A stretch of 64,000 nt of DNA from an uncultured delta proteobacterium (GTDB lineage Bacteria > Myxococcota > Kuafuiibacteriia > Kuafuiibacteriales > Kuafuiibacteriaceae): NCBI GenBank assembly GCA_963803435.1, contig CAWDML010000009.1:588954-652953 (forward strand), read 5' to 3'. The position numbers and the translations under genes were made by a program. The notes beneath the pieces are model-generated. The model did no database searches and was not told the origin of the DNA. It was given only the letters and a program-made list of their open reading frames with translations. Below, in pieces: positions 47,816 through 57,537 of the stretch (positions within the stretch are counted from its first letter, which is position 1; every line of letters begins with the position of its first letter).

Positions 47816-48358
47816 ATGACGCGCGGGCTTTTGGTGCTCCTCCTCCTCCTCCCGTTCGCCGACGCCCACGCGGCCGGTACGGAGCAGCTCGCCGTCGGGG
47901 ACGAAGCCCCCCAGTTCGTCCTGAAGGCGCTCAACCCGAAGCAGTCGAACATGACGACCTTCGCGCTCCGTAAGTTCGTCGGTGTGGACGCCACCGAGCC
48001 GAAGCGCGCCGTCGTCCTCAGCTTCGCCGCCTCCTACTGCGAGCCCTGCAAGCGGGAGCTCGGCGAGCTCAAGAAGCTCGAGGCCAAGCTGGGCGCGTCG
48101 AACGTGGTCCTCGCGGTGGTGGTGATCGACACGGAGGCCGAGGGTATCGAGAAGATGCGCAAGCTGACCGTCGAGGAGCTCGGCCTCACGTATCCCGTGC
48201 TCACCGACCGCTTCGGCGTCCTCGCCAAGCGGTACCACGCGAGCATGCTGCCGATGACCGTGGTCGTGAAGCCGGACGGGAAGATCAAGTGGTTGAGCTC
48301 CGGCTTCCGCGAGGGCGCGATCGACGCGCTCCTCGGCGAGCTCGCGATCGAGAAGTGA
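47816..48358 (+). CDS. TlpA/ResA-like secreted thiol-disulfide oxidoreductase (thioredoxin fold)
   Basis: Signal peptide MTRGLLVLLLLLPFADAHA. CxxC active site SYCEPCK. Confidence 0.75.
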   Translation: MTRGLLVLLLLLPFADAHAAGTEQLAVGDEAPQFVLKALNPKQSNMTTFALRKFVGVDATEPKRAVVLSFAASYCEPCKRELGELKKLEAKLGASNVVLAVVVIDTEAEGIEKMRKLTVEELGLTYPVLTDRFGVLAKRYHASMLPMTVVVKPDGKIKWLSSGFREGAIDALLGELAIEK

Positions 48359-48359
48359 C

Positions 48360-49905
48360 TCAAAAGCTGACGTCGATGGGCCCGATCCCGAGCGGCGGCT
48401 CCCCGCTGTCCTTCGTCAGCACGATCGCGGTGACCGTGCCCGCGGCGGCCACCGCGACGCCCGCCGCCACGGCCCAGACCCACCAGGGGATGGCGACCGC
48501 GGGCAGGTGCTCGCCCCGCTCGATGGGGAGCGACACCGGGTCGGGATCGCCGAAGCTGTCGATCACCACGCCCGAGAGGTCGCGGAGGAACACCTTCACC
48601 AGGATCTGACCGGTGTAGGTCTCCATGTTGCCGGTGTCCTCGATCGTGCCGGCGAGCTCGCGCCGTCCATTCCTCTCAGTGGATCGGGGTCGGTCGGCCG
48701 CGAACATGGCGCCGCCGCTGCCCCAGATCTGGAGGTCGCCACCCTCGACGAGGCCGAACGGATCGCCGCCGATGTCGGCGACGACGCGATAGACCAGCCC
48801 GTGCTCGCCCTGATCGCGCAGCACGTGGACCTCGGTGATCCGGATCGGCTCGGTGCAGGGGCTCCTCGCCTGCGCCTCGCGGAACGCGGCCGCCAGCGCG
48901 CGGACCGGCACCGTCGAAGGCAGGCCCGGCTCAGCGCAGAGCGCCTGCCCGAAGGTCCGCTCGGAGAGATCGGTGCGCCCGCGGGCCCGCTGGATCGCGC
49001 CGAGCATCTCGAGGGCCTCGGCCAGCTCCCGCCTCTCGAGGTGTCCGTTGTTGCGCAGCTTCACCAGCATGCCCTCGGCGTCGTCGAGCCGGAGGTTCCC
49101 GAGGGCCTTTTCTGCCAGGGCGAGGGCGTCACCGGTGGTGAGCCCGTCGATCGCAGCCGCCGTCTGGGACGGTCCGCTCGGTCCCTGGGTGAGGCCGCCG
49201 ACCGCACGGATGGCCGCCGTCTCGAGGCTCGGATCGCTGGCGTGGGCCGCCGCCACCAGCCGGCGGCGCGCCAGCTCGGCCCGCAGGCGGTGGTGGAGAA
49301 ACTGCGAGAAGTCGCTCAGGCGCTCGGGCGGGACGCGCGCCAGCGGAGGCGGCCGCGTGAAGCGATCGAGCCGCAGCTCGGCCGCCACCGGGCCGAGGTG
49401 CGGGAGCGCCTCCAGGGCGCGCGCCTGGTGGTGGTGATAGGCGAGGGCGTCGAGGGCGATCGCGTCGGCGGTGGGCGCCGGCGGCGTCACGCTGATCTCC
49501 CTGGACCAGCGCCTTCTTCGCCACGAGCCCGCCCTGGCGATTGCGGATCTCCAGGGTGGCCTCGACCTTTGCCGTCCCGACCGGGCGCGCGGGTCCAACG
49601 ACCAACGCATAGACGATCACCACCGCCCCTGGGCGTTGATCGATCACCTCGACCCAGGGCGCGATGCCGAGCCCCTGGTCGGCGTGAACGCCGGTGGCCC
49701 GTCCCTCGAGCTCGCCGCGGGCGTCGTCGACCGGGAGCTCCGTGCGGACGAGGAGCGTGTCGCCGGCGGCGATCGACAGCGTCGCCCGAGCGGGCACCGT
49801 TCGCTCGGTGCGGGCCTCGATCGCGAGGATGCGCTTCTCTTTCTCGCTCGCGGGCGCGTCGAGCTCGGCCCCCGTCTGTGCCACGAGCGCCAGCAGAGCC
49901 AGCAC
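48360..49905 (-). CDS. hypothetical secreted protein with C-terminal TM anchor; a -1 frameshift near 49500; start approximate
   Basis: Signal-like (M)LALLALVAQTGAELDAP... then ...ATLEIRNRQGGLVAKKALVQ in one frame. It continues REISVTPPAPTADAIALDALAYHHHQ... (ORF 48360..49610) and ends with AVAIPWWVWAVAAGVAVAAAGTVTAIVL. Confidence 0.4.
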
Positions 49906-49959
49906 GCCGCGGAGAGTAGCACCTCGACTCCCGACCCTCGACTCAGTATCGTGCGCGCA

Positions 49960-50487
49960 ATGGCGCGCCCTGTGGTCGCCGCGCTCGTGTTGGTGTCGGC
50001 GTGCGGAGGTGACGTGCGCTTTCGCCCGCTGGCGCTCGACGTTCAGGGCTTGTCCGGCCGCGCCGAGCGGCTGGTGGTGCTGGTCTTTCCGGCGAGCTCC
50101 GAGCAATCGTGCGCAGGCATCGATCTCGACAACGTTCGGTCGCTGGACGCGCCCTTCTCGGCGGAGTGGGTCCGCAGCACGGACGGGAGCGCGCGCCACC
50201 TCGAGCTGCCGGCGATCGAGGAGCGCAGCGTCACCATCATCGCCTACAGTGAAGATGCTCAGGGTATGCCGATTCAGCTCGGCTGTACCGAGGTCGACTT
50301 CGTCGACATCGAGTCGCCCGAGGCCTCGCTCCGACTGTCGATGCGCATGGCGAGTCGATTCCGTATAGTACCCGCGTGCCCCAGTTCGGGCCCTTCGAGC
50401 TCGAGCGTTTGCTCGGTCGCGGTGGGATGGCGGAGGCGTTCCTCGGCTATCGAAAGAGCGATCCACGCCATCACCCGCTGGTCCTGA
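49960..50487 (+). CDS. putative lipoprotein; 3' end uncertain (overlaps the kinase start)
   Basis: MARPVVAALVLVSACGGD lipobox. Coding-like for about 130 aa (...IIAYSEDAQGMPIQLGCTEVDFVDIESPEASLRLSMR). It is divergent from 48360..49905. Confidence 0.45.
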   Translation: MARPVVAALVLVSACGGDVRFRPLALDVQGLSGRAERLVVLVFPASSEQSCAGIDLDNVRSLDAPFSAEWVRSTDGSARHLELPAIEERSVTIIAYSEDAQGMPIQLGCTEVDFVDIESPEASLRLSMRMASRFRIVPACPSSGPSSSSVCSVAVGWRRRSSAIERAIHAITRWS

Positions 50488-51605
50488 AGCGCATCCGTCC
50501 CGATCTCGCGCAGAACGAAGAGTATTACCGGCGCTTCGTGCTCGAGGCGCAGGTCGCGTCTCGGCTCGACCATCCGAACCTGGTGCGCTTCCTCGAGTTC
50601 GGTCGTGTCGGTCGCTGTCATTACATCGCGATGGATCAGGTGCGCGGCTTCAGCCTCAAGCGAATGCTCGAGCCGGTGTTCTCGTCCGGTCGCGGTCCCT
50701 CGCCCGCGGCCGCCGTCTATCTCGGTGCCGGGATCCTCGATGGTCTGGCCGCGATGCACTCGGTGAAGGACGAGAAGGGCGAGCCGCGCCCGATGCTCCA
50801 CCGGGACGTTACGCCCGCCAACATCATCATCGCGCACGACGGCCGTCCGGTGATCATCGACTTCGGGATCACGAAGGACGTGCTCGGCCCGCAGATCACG
50901 CTCCCGGGCCGCGTGATCGGCACAATGCGATACATGGCGCCCGAGCACCGCAAGGCCGAGTTCATCGATGCGCGCGCCGACGTGTTCTCGGCGAGCGTGA
51001 TCCTGTTCGAGCTCCTGGCGGCGCGACCGCCCTGGCCGCCGATCGAGGGCCTGCGTGAGCTGCTCCGCGTGACCTTCGACGCACCCGAGATCTCCGACGA
51101 GATGAAGGCGCGGGTCCCCGACGAGGTCTGGCAGGTGGTGCTGAAGGGACTCGAGTGCGAGCCAACCCAGCGCTTCCCGGACGCCACCGCGATGAGCCGC
51201 GCGCTCAAGGGGTGCGCCACGTTCGCTCGCGCCGAGGCCGAGGGTGCCGCCGACGTGCGGCGTTGGGCGGCGGAGCAGCATCTCTCCGCGGACGAGGATC
51301 TGGAGCACCCGGTGGTGGATCGGGTGGCCGAGGGCGGCGAGGCCGAAGTGGTGATGTGGACCTCCAACGGGGTCCTCAGCTCGCCCGACGTGCCGGAGCC
51401 GGAGCTCATCGAGGATCCCGACGATCTCGACGCCCGGGTCCTGACGATCCCGCCGCTCCCACCCCGGCGCGACTCCGTCCTCGACGGCGCCACCACGGAG
51501 GATCTCCGGCGCATGGTGGTAGCGGGTAAGCCAGGATGGCTGTGGCCCGGCATCGGCTTGGGCGTGGCGCTGGTGGCGATGATCTGGCTGCTGTTGCGGA
51601 TGTGA
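50376..51605 (+). CDS. Ser/Thr protein kinase with C-terminal TM anchor
   Basis: GTG start. LGRGGMAEAF, VLKRI, HRDVTPANIII, DFGITKD, APE. C-terminal WLWPGIGLGVALVAMIWLLL. Confidence 0.8.
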   Translation: MPQFGPFELERLLGRGGMAEAFLGYRKSDPRHHPLVLKRIRPDLAQNEEYYRRFVLEAQVASRLDHPNLVRFLEFGRVGRCHYIAMDQVRGFSLKRMLEPVFSSGRGPSPAAAVYLGAGILDGLAAMHSVKDEKGEPRPMLHRDVTPANIIIAHDGRPVIIDFGITKDVLGPQITLPGRVIGTMRYMAPEHRKAEFIDARADVFSASVILFELLAARPPWPPIEGLRELLRVTFDAPEISDEMKARVPDEVWQVVLKGLECEPTQRFPDATAMSRALKGCATFARAEAEGAADVRRWAAEQHLSADEDLEHPVVDRVAEGGEAEVVMWTSNGVLSSPDVPEPELIEDPDDLDARVLTIPPLPPRRDSVLDGATTEDLRRMVVAGKPGWLWPGIGLGVALVAMIWLLLRM

Positions 51606-51642
51606 GCGGCGAACCGGGTTCAGGTAAGATCGCCCCGGACTG

Positions 51643-53796
51643 TTGACCGAGAAAAGGCAATCTTTCTCCGTCGATATCACGGGCCTGCTCGAGGCGCTGA
51701 CCGAGCAGTTCCCGGAGCCGCTCCTCTGTGTCCGCGAGCTGGTGCAAAACGCCGCCGATGCGGGGGCGCAGCGCATCGAGGTCGACGTCGCCTACGACGG
51801 CCTCCGCAACCTCCTGCGCCTCTCCGTCCGCGACGACGGCCGCGGCATGAACGAGAAGGAGGTCGAGGGCTACCTCACCATCGGCTTCTCCGAGAAGGAT
51901 CCGAAGGCCGATCGCGGTCGCTTCGGCGTCGGCAAGCTCTCGCCCTACGCCCTGGGCATCGTCCGCATGGTGGTCGAGACCTCGGGCGGCGCGATCACTC
52001 ACCGCATCATCTTCAACCGCGACGGCAGCGGCACCATCACGCGGCACGATGCGCGGCCGCGTGGTACCACGGTCCGCGTCTACAAGGAGTGCGGACGCGA
52101 TGAGGCCGAGAGCCTGGCCGAGCGTACGTTCGAGCTGGTGCAGGGGACCTGCGGGTCCATCCCGATCCCGCTGTTCGTCAACGGCACCCCGGTCAACCGA
52201 GACGTCGCGCTGCCGACGATCTACTCGCTCCCGTTCGAGACGGGGATGGGCAAGGGCGTGCTCGGGATCGTGTCCGATCCGGTCCACGTGCTGATGGGCG
52301 GCGGCATCGTGCTCGAGAACGACGCCCCCATCCTGGGACCCGAGGTCTCGTACATCCTCGACTCGCCACGCCTCGCGCCGACGCTCTCGCGTAACGCTGT
52401 GCGCCGCGACCAAGCCTTCGACGAGATGCTCCGCGCCGCCCGCGCCAAGCTCCCCGACTTCACGGCGCACGTGGCGCGGCAGCTCCGCGTGCGCACCGAT
52501 CGGCTCCGGCAGGAGGGCGTACCGGTCGAGCGGGGGCTCGACTCCAACGATCGCGCGGCGCTCGAGTGGCTCCGCTCGCTGCTGCTCGAGGAGGAGGAGG
52601 CGCCCGATCCCGTGGTGCGGGACGCGCCCGTGCTCGAGACGGCCGACGGCGGCCTGGTCTCGTGCAACGAGCTGATCGAGGTCCTGCGCCGCGAGACGCG
52701 CGTGCCGATCTCCCGAGTGCCGCGCACGCGCGACGAGATCAGCGCCTACGCCGATCGCGGCGTGATGGTGCTCTTGCTCTATCGCGACCTCGAGGACTTC
52801 CTCGAGCGGCAAGGGATCGAGCAGGTCGAGGTCGACGGCCTCGACGACGGGCTGGAGATCGCGGAGTACCACTGGGGACGCGGCGAGGCGGCCCTGGCGG
52901 CGCGTCCCTCGGTCCTCCGGCCGGCCTATCTGCGTCCGCTCACCTTCGCCGCGGCCACTGCCTTCGCGGTGGCCCTCGCGATGGTCGCGATCCAGCTCCG
53001 CCCGAGCGCGCCCCCGAACGCGCCGCCCTCCGCCGTCGCGCGGGCGCCCGAACCGGCGAAAGAGGTCGCGGCCGGACCCGCCGCCGATCCTGCGCCGCCC
53101 GTCGTGGTTGCGCCGCCATCCGAGCGCACCGCCGATCTGGTGCACGTTCCTCGGCACCCGGGTCCCAAGAACAAGCTGCTGGTGATGCTGGCCGCGATCG
53201 TCGCCGCGCTCTCGGCGGCCGCCGGATGCGCGATGATCTACTTCACCTTCGCCGCCCGAAAGCGGGCCACCGCCAGCTGGCTCCGCGCGGAGGCCGGCGC
53301 GCCGCTGACGGTGGGCGAGAGCCGCAAGCGTCGCTTCAACGTCTGGAGCCGGGCGCTGCTCCACCCGATCGACTTCTTCGTGGCCCGCGGCTGGTCGGTG
53401 CGCGCCTCCGGTCCCAAGCCGCTCGCGGCGTCCGCCTCGATCAAGGGCTATCGCGAGCTGGCGCCGGAGACGCCGATCCGCTCGGGCGTCAGGCTCGATC
53501 TCGATCGCGTGAAGATCGGCTTCGTCGATCTGGTGTCGCAGAGCGGTGATCCCCATGACGGCCGGACCTTGATCCGGCGTCAGGACCGGGTGCTGCTCAA
53601 CCGCAACCACCCGACCGTCCGCGATCTCATCACGATCGCGGAGCTCGACGAGCGCCGCGCGCGGTTGTTGCTCGACGTGCTCTTGGCGACGGACGCGGAG
53701 CTGTCGAAGGGCACCGATCCGCGGCAGGTCGAGTGGGATCTCCTGGGACGCGCCGAAGGCTCGCTCCGCTCGGGCCGCAGGAAGAGGCCGGTGTGA
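51643..53796 (+). CDS. GHKL-superfamily ATPase (MORC/sacsin/Hsp90-like Bergerat fold) with C-terminal TM helices and an about 200-aa C-terminal domain
   Basis: N box PLLCVRELVQNAADAGAQRIEVDV, G1 LSVRDDGRGMNEKE, G2 GRFGVGKLSPYALG. TM segments LTFAAATAFAVALAMVAI and LLVMLAAIVAALSAAAGCAMIYF. 717 aa, intact. Confidence 0.65.
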   Translation: MTEKRQSFSVDITGLLEALTEQFPEPLLCVRELVQNAADAGAQRIEVDVAYDGLRNLLRLSVRDDGRGMNEKEVEGYLTIGFSEKDPKADRGRFGVGKLSPYALGIVRMVVETSGGAITHRIIFNRDGSGTITRHDARPRGTTVRVYKECGRDEAESLAERTFELVQGTCGSIPIPLFVNGTPVNRDVALPTIYSLPFETGMGKGVLGIVSDPVHVLMGGGIVLENDAPILGPEVSYILDSPRLAPTLSRNAVRRDQAFDEMLRAARAKLPDFTAHVARQLRVRTDRLRQEGVPVERGLDSNDRAALEWLRSLLLEEEEAPDPVVRDAPVLETADGGLVSCNELIEVLRRETRVPISRVPRTRDEISAYADRGVMVLLLYRDLEDFLERQGIEQVEVDGLDDGLEIAEYHWGRGEAALAARPSVLRPAYLRPLTFAAATAFAVALAMVAIQLRPSAPPNAPPSAVARAPEPAKEVAAGPAADPAPPVVVAPPSERTADLVHVPRHPGPKNKLLVMLAAIVAALSAAAGCAMIYFTFAARKRATASWLRAEAGAPLTVGESRKRRFNVWSRALLHPIDFFVARGWSVRASGPKPLAASASIKGYRELAPETPIRSGVRLDLDRVKIGFVDLVSQSGDPHDGRTLIRRQDRVLLNRNHPTVRDLITIAELDERRARLLLDVLLATDAELSKGTDPRQVEWDLLGRAEGSLRSGRRKRPV

Positions 53797-55812
53797 GCGG
53801 CTCGGACCCGAGCGAACCGGACGAGCCGACGCCGGACGAGTTGGCGACGACCGCCGACCAGACCGAGCCCGAGGTGGAGCCGCCGCCTTCGACCCTGGTG
53901 TTCCCCAGACCGCACGACCCCCGATCTCCGGAGGATCTCCCGAGCGATCTGTTCGAGCGGATCGACGTTTCGAGCGCGCGGGTGGCCACGGCGCATCCGA
54001 GCGGGTCGACGCAGATCGAGCCCAAGCGCCGTCCCCTCTATCGCGCCGACCCGGACCGCGTGCTGCGCGTGCTCTCGGCGAACCAGTTCGAAGACCCGTT
54101 CCTGGCGTTCCGCGAGCTCTACGCGAACGCGCTCGACGCGGTGCGTGGCAAGAAGAGCCCGTTCATCGATCTGCGCGTCGCCTCCGACCGGGTCGTGGTC
54201 GAGGACAACGGCACCGGCCTCGACGACGGCGGCCTGGAGGCCCTCACCACCCTCGGGATGTCGACGCGCCGGGGGCAGGACGCGATCGGACGCTTCGGGA
54301 TCGGCTTTGCCTCCATCTTCGATCCGCAGCTCGGGATCGGACGCGTCGAGTTTCAGGCGGCGCGGTACGGTCAGGACGAAGGCGTCCGGATCCGCTTCAA
54401 CCCCGACGTCAGCGGCGGCGTATCGATCCAGGTCGACAGCGCGCCCAGGCCCAAGAACGGCGGGAGCCGCGTGGAGATCTACTTCGATCCGGCGCGCGCG
54501 CCCGAAGATCGCGTCGCGCGCGTGATCGCCGTGTTCGAGACCCACGCCGCCTATTCGGGTGTCGAGACCGAGCTCAACAGCCGGCTGCTGGGGAGGGATC
54601 TCGCCGACTACATCAAGACCGAGATCAAGGATGGCGAGTGGAGCAACGTCGAGCGGTCGTTGATCGCGGCCACCGCGGTGCGGGGCCCGGTCGGCGTGGC
54701 CGCGATCGATCCATCGCGCTCCGAGTCGAAGTTCCGCGCCTATCAGCGCGGCCTCTACGTCTGCGAGATCCCGCTCAACCGCGTCCAGGGCAAGCCGTGG
54801 CCCCGGGGCGTCTTCGGCGCCGTCCACGCGGAGGGTCTCGACCTGGTGGCGAGCCGCAACGCCTTCGTGGAGAACGAGCTGTTCGAGCGCTTCCAGGAGG
54901 AGCTACGGCGGCTCGCCTACGAGGCCGCCTATCGCGTGGTCCGCTACTACGAGCAGATCAACGACGCGTACGCGCGCATCGTGCTGCTCGACGCCATCCG
55001 CCGAGGGCTGAGGAGCACCACGCCCGAGGGCATGCTCGCAGAATCGGACGATCTGTTCAGCAAGGCGGTGGTGCGCTCGCCGCTGTTTCGGGCCTGGGGC
55101 ACCAGGAAGACGTACTCGTTCGAGGAGCTGGTCGCGTTCAAGCAGCAGGACAAGTTCCGGGCGTTGGCGTACCGGCCGGCCTGGCGCGATCGCGAGGACG
55201 GTCCGATCATGCGCGCCGACGACTCGATCGAGCGCGACATCTTCCGCAAGCTCTCCGGTCTTCGCGACATGCCCGCGGCCGCGCGCGCCGAGGAGATTGC
55301 GCGGCCGTCGCTCCTGTCGCGGCTGCGCGACAAGCTCATGTCGGGACCGCGCGCGGAGTACTCGCTGTTTCAGCGACCGGTCGACGTCCACCGCGTCGAC
55401 GCGGGGACGCGCCGGATTGTCGAGGCGCTCCAGGAGTTTCTCGGTCGACGAAGAGGTGAGCGAGGCGCTGGCCCGCTTGCTGCCCGGCCCGCTGCCGACG
55501 CTCAGCTTCGGCGTGTCGCGGAACGCGTTCGGACCGGTGGCCGCCTATCGCATGGGTGAGATCCGCTTCAACGTGGCGCATCGTGCGGTGCGCCGGCTGT
55601 CCAAGCAGTCGAACCCAGAGCTTGGCGCACGCGCGCTGTTGCCGGTGCTCGCGCACGAGCTCGCGCACATGTGCCACGAGCTCCACGATCTCGATTTCTA
55701 TCGGACCAGCCGGGCGATCCTCCGCGCGCTGGCCACCGCCGCCGCCAAGGTCGATGCCCGGAGCCTCGAGCTCGAGACCATGGGTGTCCGACTCGCGCCC
55801 GAGCCGAGCTGA
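53793..55812 (+). CDS. paralogous GHKL ATPase with a C-terminal HExxH (YgjP/DUF45-like) metallohydrolase motif; -1 frameshift near 55440
   Basis: GTG 53793 overlaps the upstream TGA. Bergerat motifs PFLAFRELYANALDAV, RVVVEDNGTGLDDG, GRFGIGFASIFDP. After ...RRIVEALQEFLG the frame shifts to VDEEVSEALARLLPGP...ARALLPVLAHELAHMCHELHDLDFY... Confidence 0.6.
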
Positions 55813-57512
55813 TGATCGACGAGACCGCGTCCGAGCCCGTGAAGCGCCGGTTGCGGGAAGCGATGGGCCTGCCGCCCGACGGCGACGGGGCTCTCCCGAC
55901 CGTTCCCCTCCGCTTCGTGGGTCCGGGCCGGACGCGGGCGCTTGCCGGCCGGGGTCGGATCACGCTTGAGGACGGCGCGGTGCGTTCGGTCGAGGGTGCG
56001 CTGCCGGACGATCTGCCGATTGGTTATCACCGGCTCGAGATGGACGGCGGGGGTGAGCCGATCCGCCTCTTCGTCACCCCCCGCGCCTGCGTGCTCCCGG
56101 CGCGCCGGCTGTCGGGCCTGGCGGCGCAGCTCTACGCGGCCCGCTCCCGGCGGTCCTGGGGATCGGCGATTCTCGGCGACCTTTCGCGGCTGTTCGAGGT
56201 GATGGGGCGGACGCTGGGCATGGACACCGTGCTCGCGAACCCGCTCTGCGCGGTGCCGCCGATCCACCCGCAGGAGTCGAGCCCCTACTCCCCGTCGAGT
56301 CGACGCTACCTCAACCCGCTCTACCTCTCCATCACCGACGTGCCGGGCGCGCGCGAGGTCCTCGACCTGGAGGCGCTCTCGGCGAAGGGTCGCGCGCTGT
56401 CGGAGGCGCGGATGATTGATCGCGACGCCGTCTACTCGCTGAAGATGTCGGCGCTCGAGGAGGTCTGGCGCACGCGCCCGCGGGCGGTCGAGCCCGACGC
56501 CTCGCTGGTGCGCTTCGCCGTCTACTCGACGCTGGCCGAGCAGCTCGGCCCCGACTGGCGGCGCTGGCCGGAGGGCCTCCGCCGGATGGACACCGGCGCG
56601 GTCGACCGGGTTCGCGCCGAGCAGCCCGGGCGGGTCGACTTCTTCGCCTGGCTGCAGGTCGAGCTCGATCGACAGCTCGGGGCGGCCGCCCGGGCCGGCA
56701 CGCTGATCCTCGATCTCCCGATCGGCTTTCGGAGCGACGGCGCCGACGCGTGGGAGTGGCAGGACCTCCTCGCGAGCGGAGCGTCGATCGGCGCCCCGCC
56801 GGATGCCTTCAACGAGGAGGGCCAGGACTGGGGCCTGCCGCCCTTCGTCCCGCACCAGCTCCGGGCCGCGTTCTACCAGCCTTTCATCCAGACGCTGCGG
56901 GCCGCCTTCGCGCATGCCGGCGGGCTCCGGATCGATCACGTGATGGGTCTGTTCAGGCTCTACTGGGTCCCGCACGGCGCGGACGCGCGAAGCGGCGCCT
57001 ACGTCCGGTTCCAGGCCGACGAGATGCTCGACATCCTCGCGATCGAGAGCCACCGCGCGGGGGCCTTCGTGATCGGCGAGGACCTCGGGACGGTCGAGCC
57101 CGGCGTCCGCGAGGTACTCCACGATCGCAACGTGTTGTCGTGCCGCCTCCTCTGGTTCGAGCCGGAGGCGCCGGAGCGATGGCCGGTGCGAGCGCTGGCC
57201 TCGATCACCACGCACGATCTTCCCACTATCGCCGGGATCTGGACCGGCGCCGATCCGGTCCCCGAGCTTCGGGATCGGCTGCGCGACTGGGGCGGGATTC
57301 CGGACGACGCTCCGGTGGAGCGCGCGGTCGAAGCTGCCGCCGATCTATTGAAACGAAGCCCATCGCTCGTGGTGATGATGCAGCTCGAGGACGCCTTCTT
57401 GGTGTCCGAACGACCGAACGTCCCCGGGACGATCGATCGCCCGAATTGGTGCTTGGCCTTGCCGGAGCCGATCGAAGCGTTGGGTGACGGAAACCCCTTG
57501 CAGTCCGGGTGA
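55812..57512 (+). CDS. malQ: 4-alpha-glucanotransferase (amylomaltase, GH77)
   Basis: ATG overlaps the upstream TGA by 1 nt. YSPSSRRYLNPLYL, RIDHVMGLFRLYWVP, FVIGEDLGTV and NVPGTIDRPNWCLAL. Confidence 0.85.
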   Translation: MIDETASEPVKRRLREAMGLPPDGDGALPTVPLRFVGPGRTRALAGRGRITLEDGAVRSVEGALPDDLPIGYHRLEMDGGGEPIRLFVTPRACVLPARRLSGLAAQLYAARSRRSWGSAILGDLSRLFEVMGRTLGMDTVLANPLCAVPPIHPQESSPYSPSSRRYLNPLYLSITDVPGAREVLDLEALSAKGRALSEARMIDRDAVYSLKMSALEEVWRTRPRAVEPDASLVRFAVYSTLAEQLGPDWRRWPEGLRRMDTGAVDRVRAEQPGRVDFFAWLQVELDRQLGAAARAGTLILDLPIGFRSDGADAWEWQDLLASGASIGAPPDAFNEEGQDWGLPPFVPHQLRAAFYQPFIQTLRAAFAHAGGLRIDHVMGLFRLYWVPHGADARSGAYVRFQADEMLDILAIESHRAGAFVIGEDLGTVEPGVREVLHDRNVLSCRLLWFEPEAPERWPVRALASITTHDLPTIAGIWTGADPVPELRDRLRDWGGIPDDAPVERAVEAAADLLKRSPSLVVMMQLEDAFLVSERPNVPGTIDRPNWCLALPEPIEALGDGNPLQSG

Positions 57513-57537
57513 TTTGAGGCGAGGGTGCCGGCCGATG

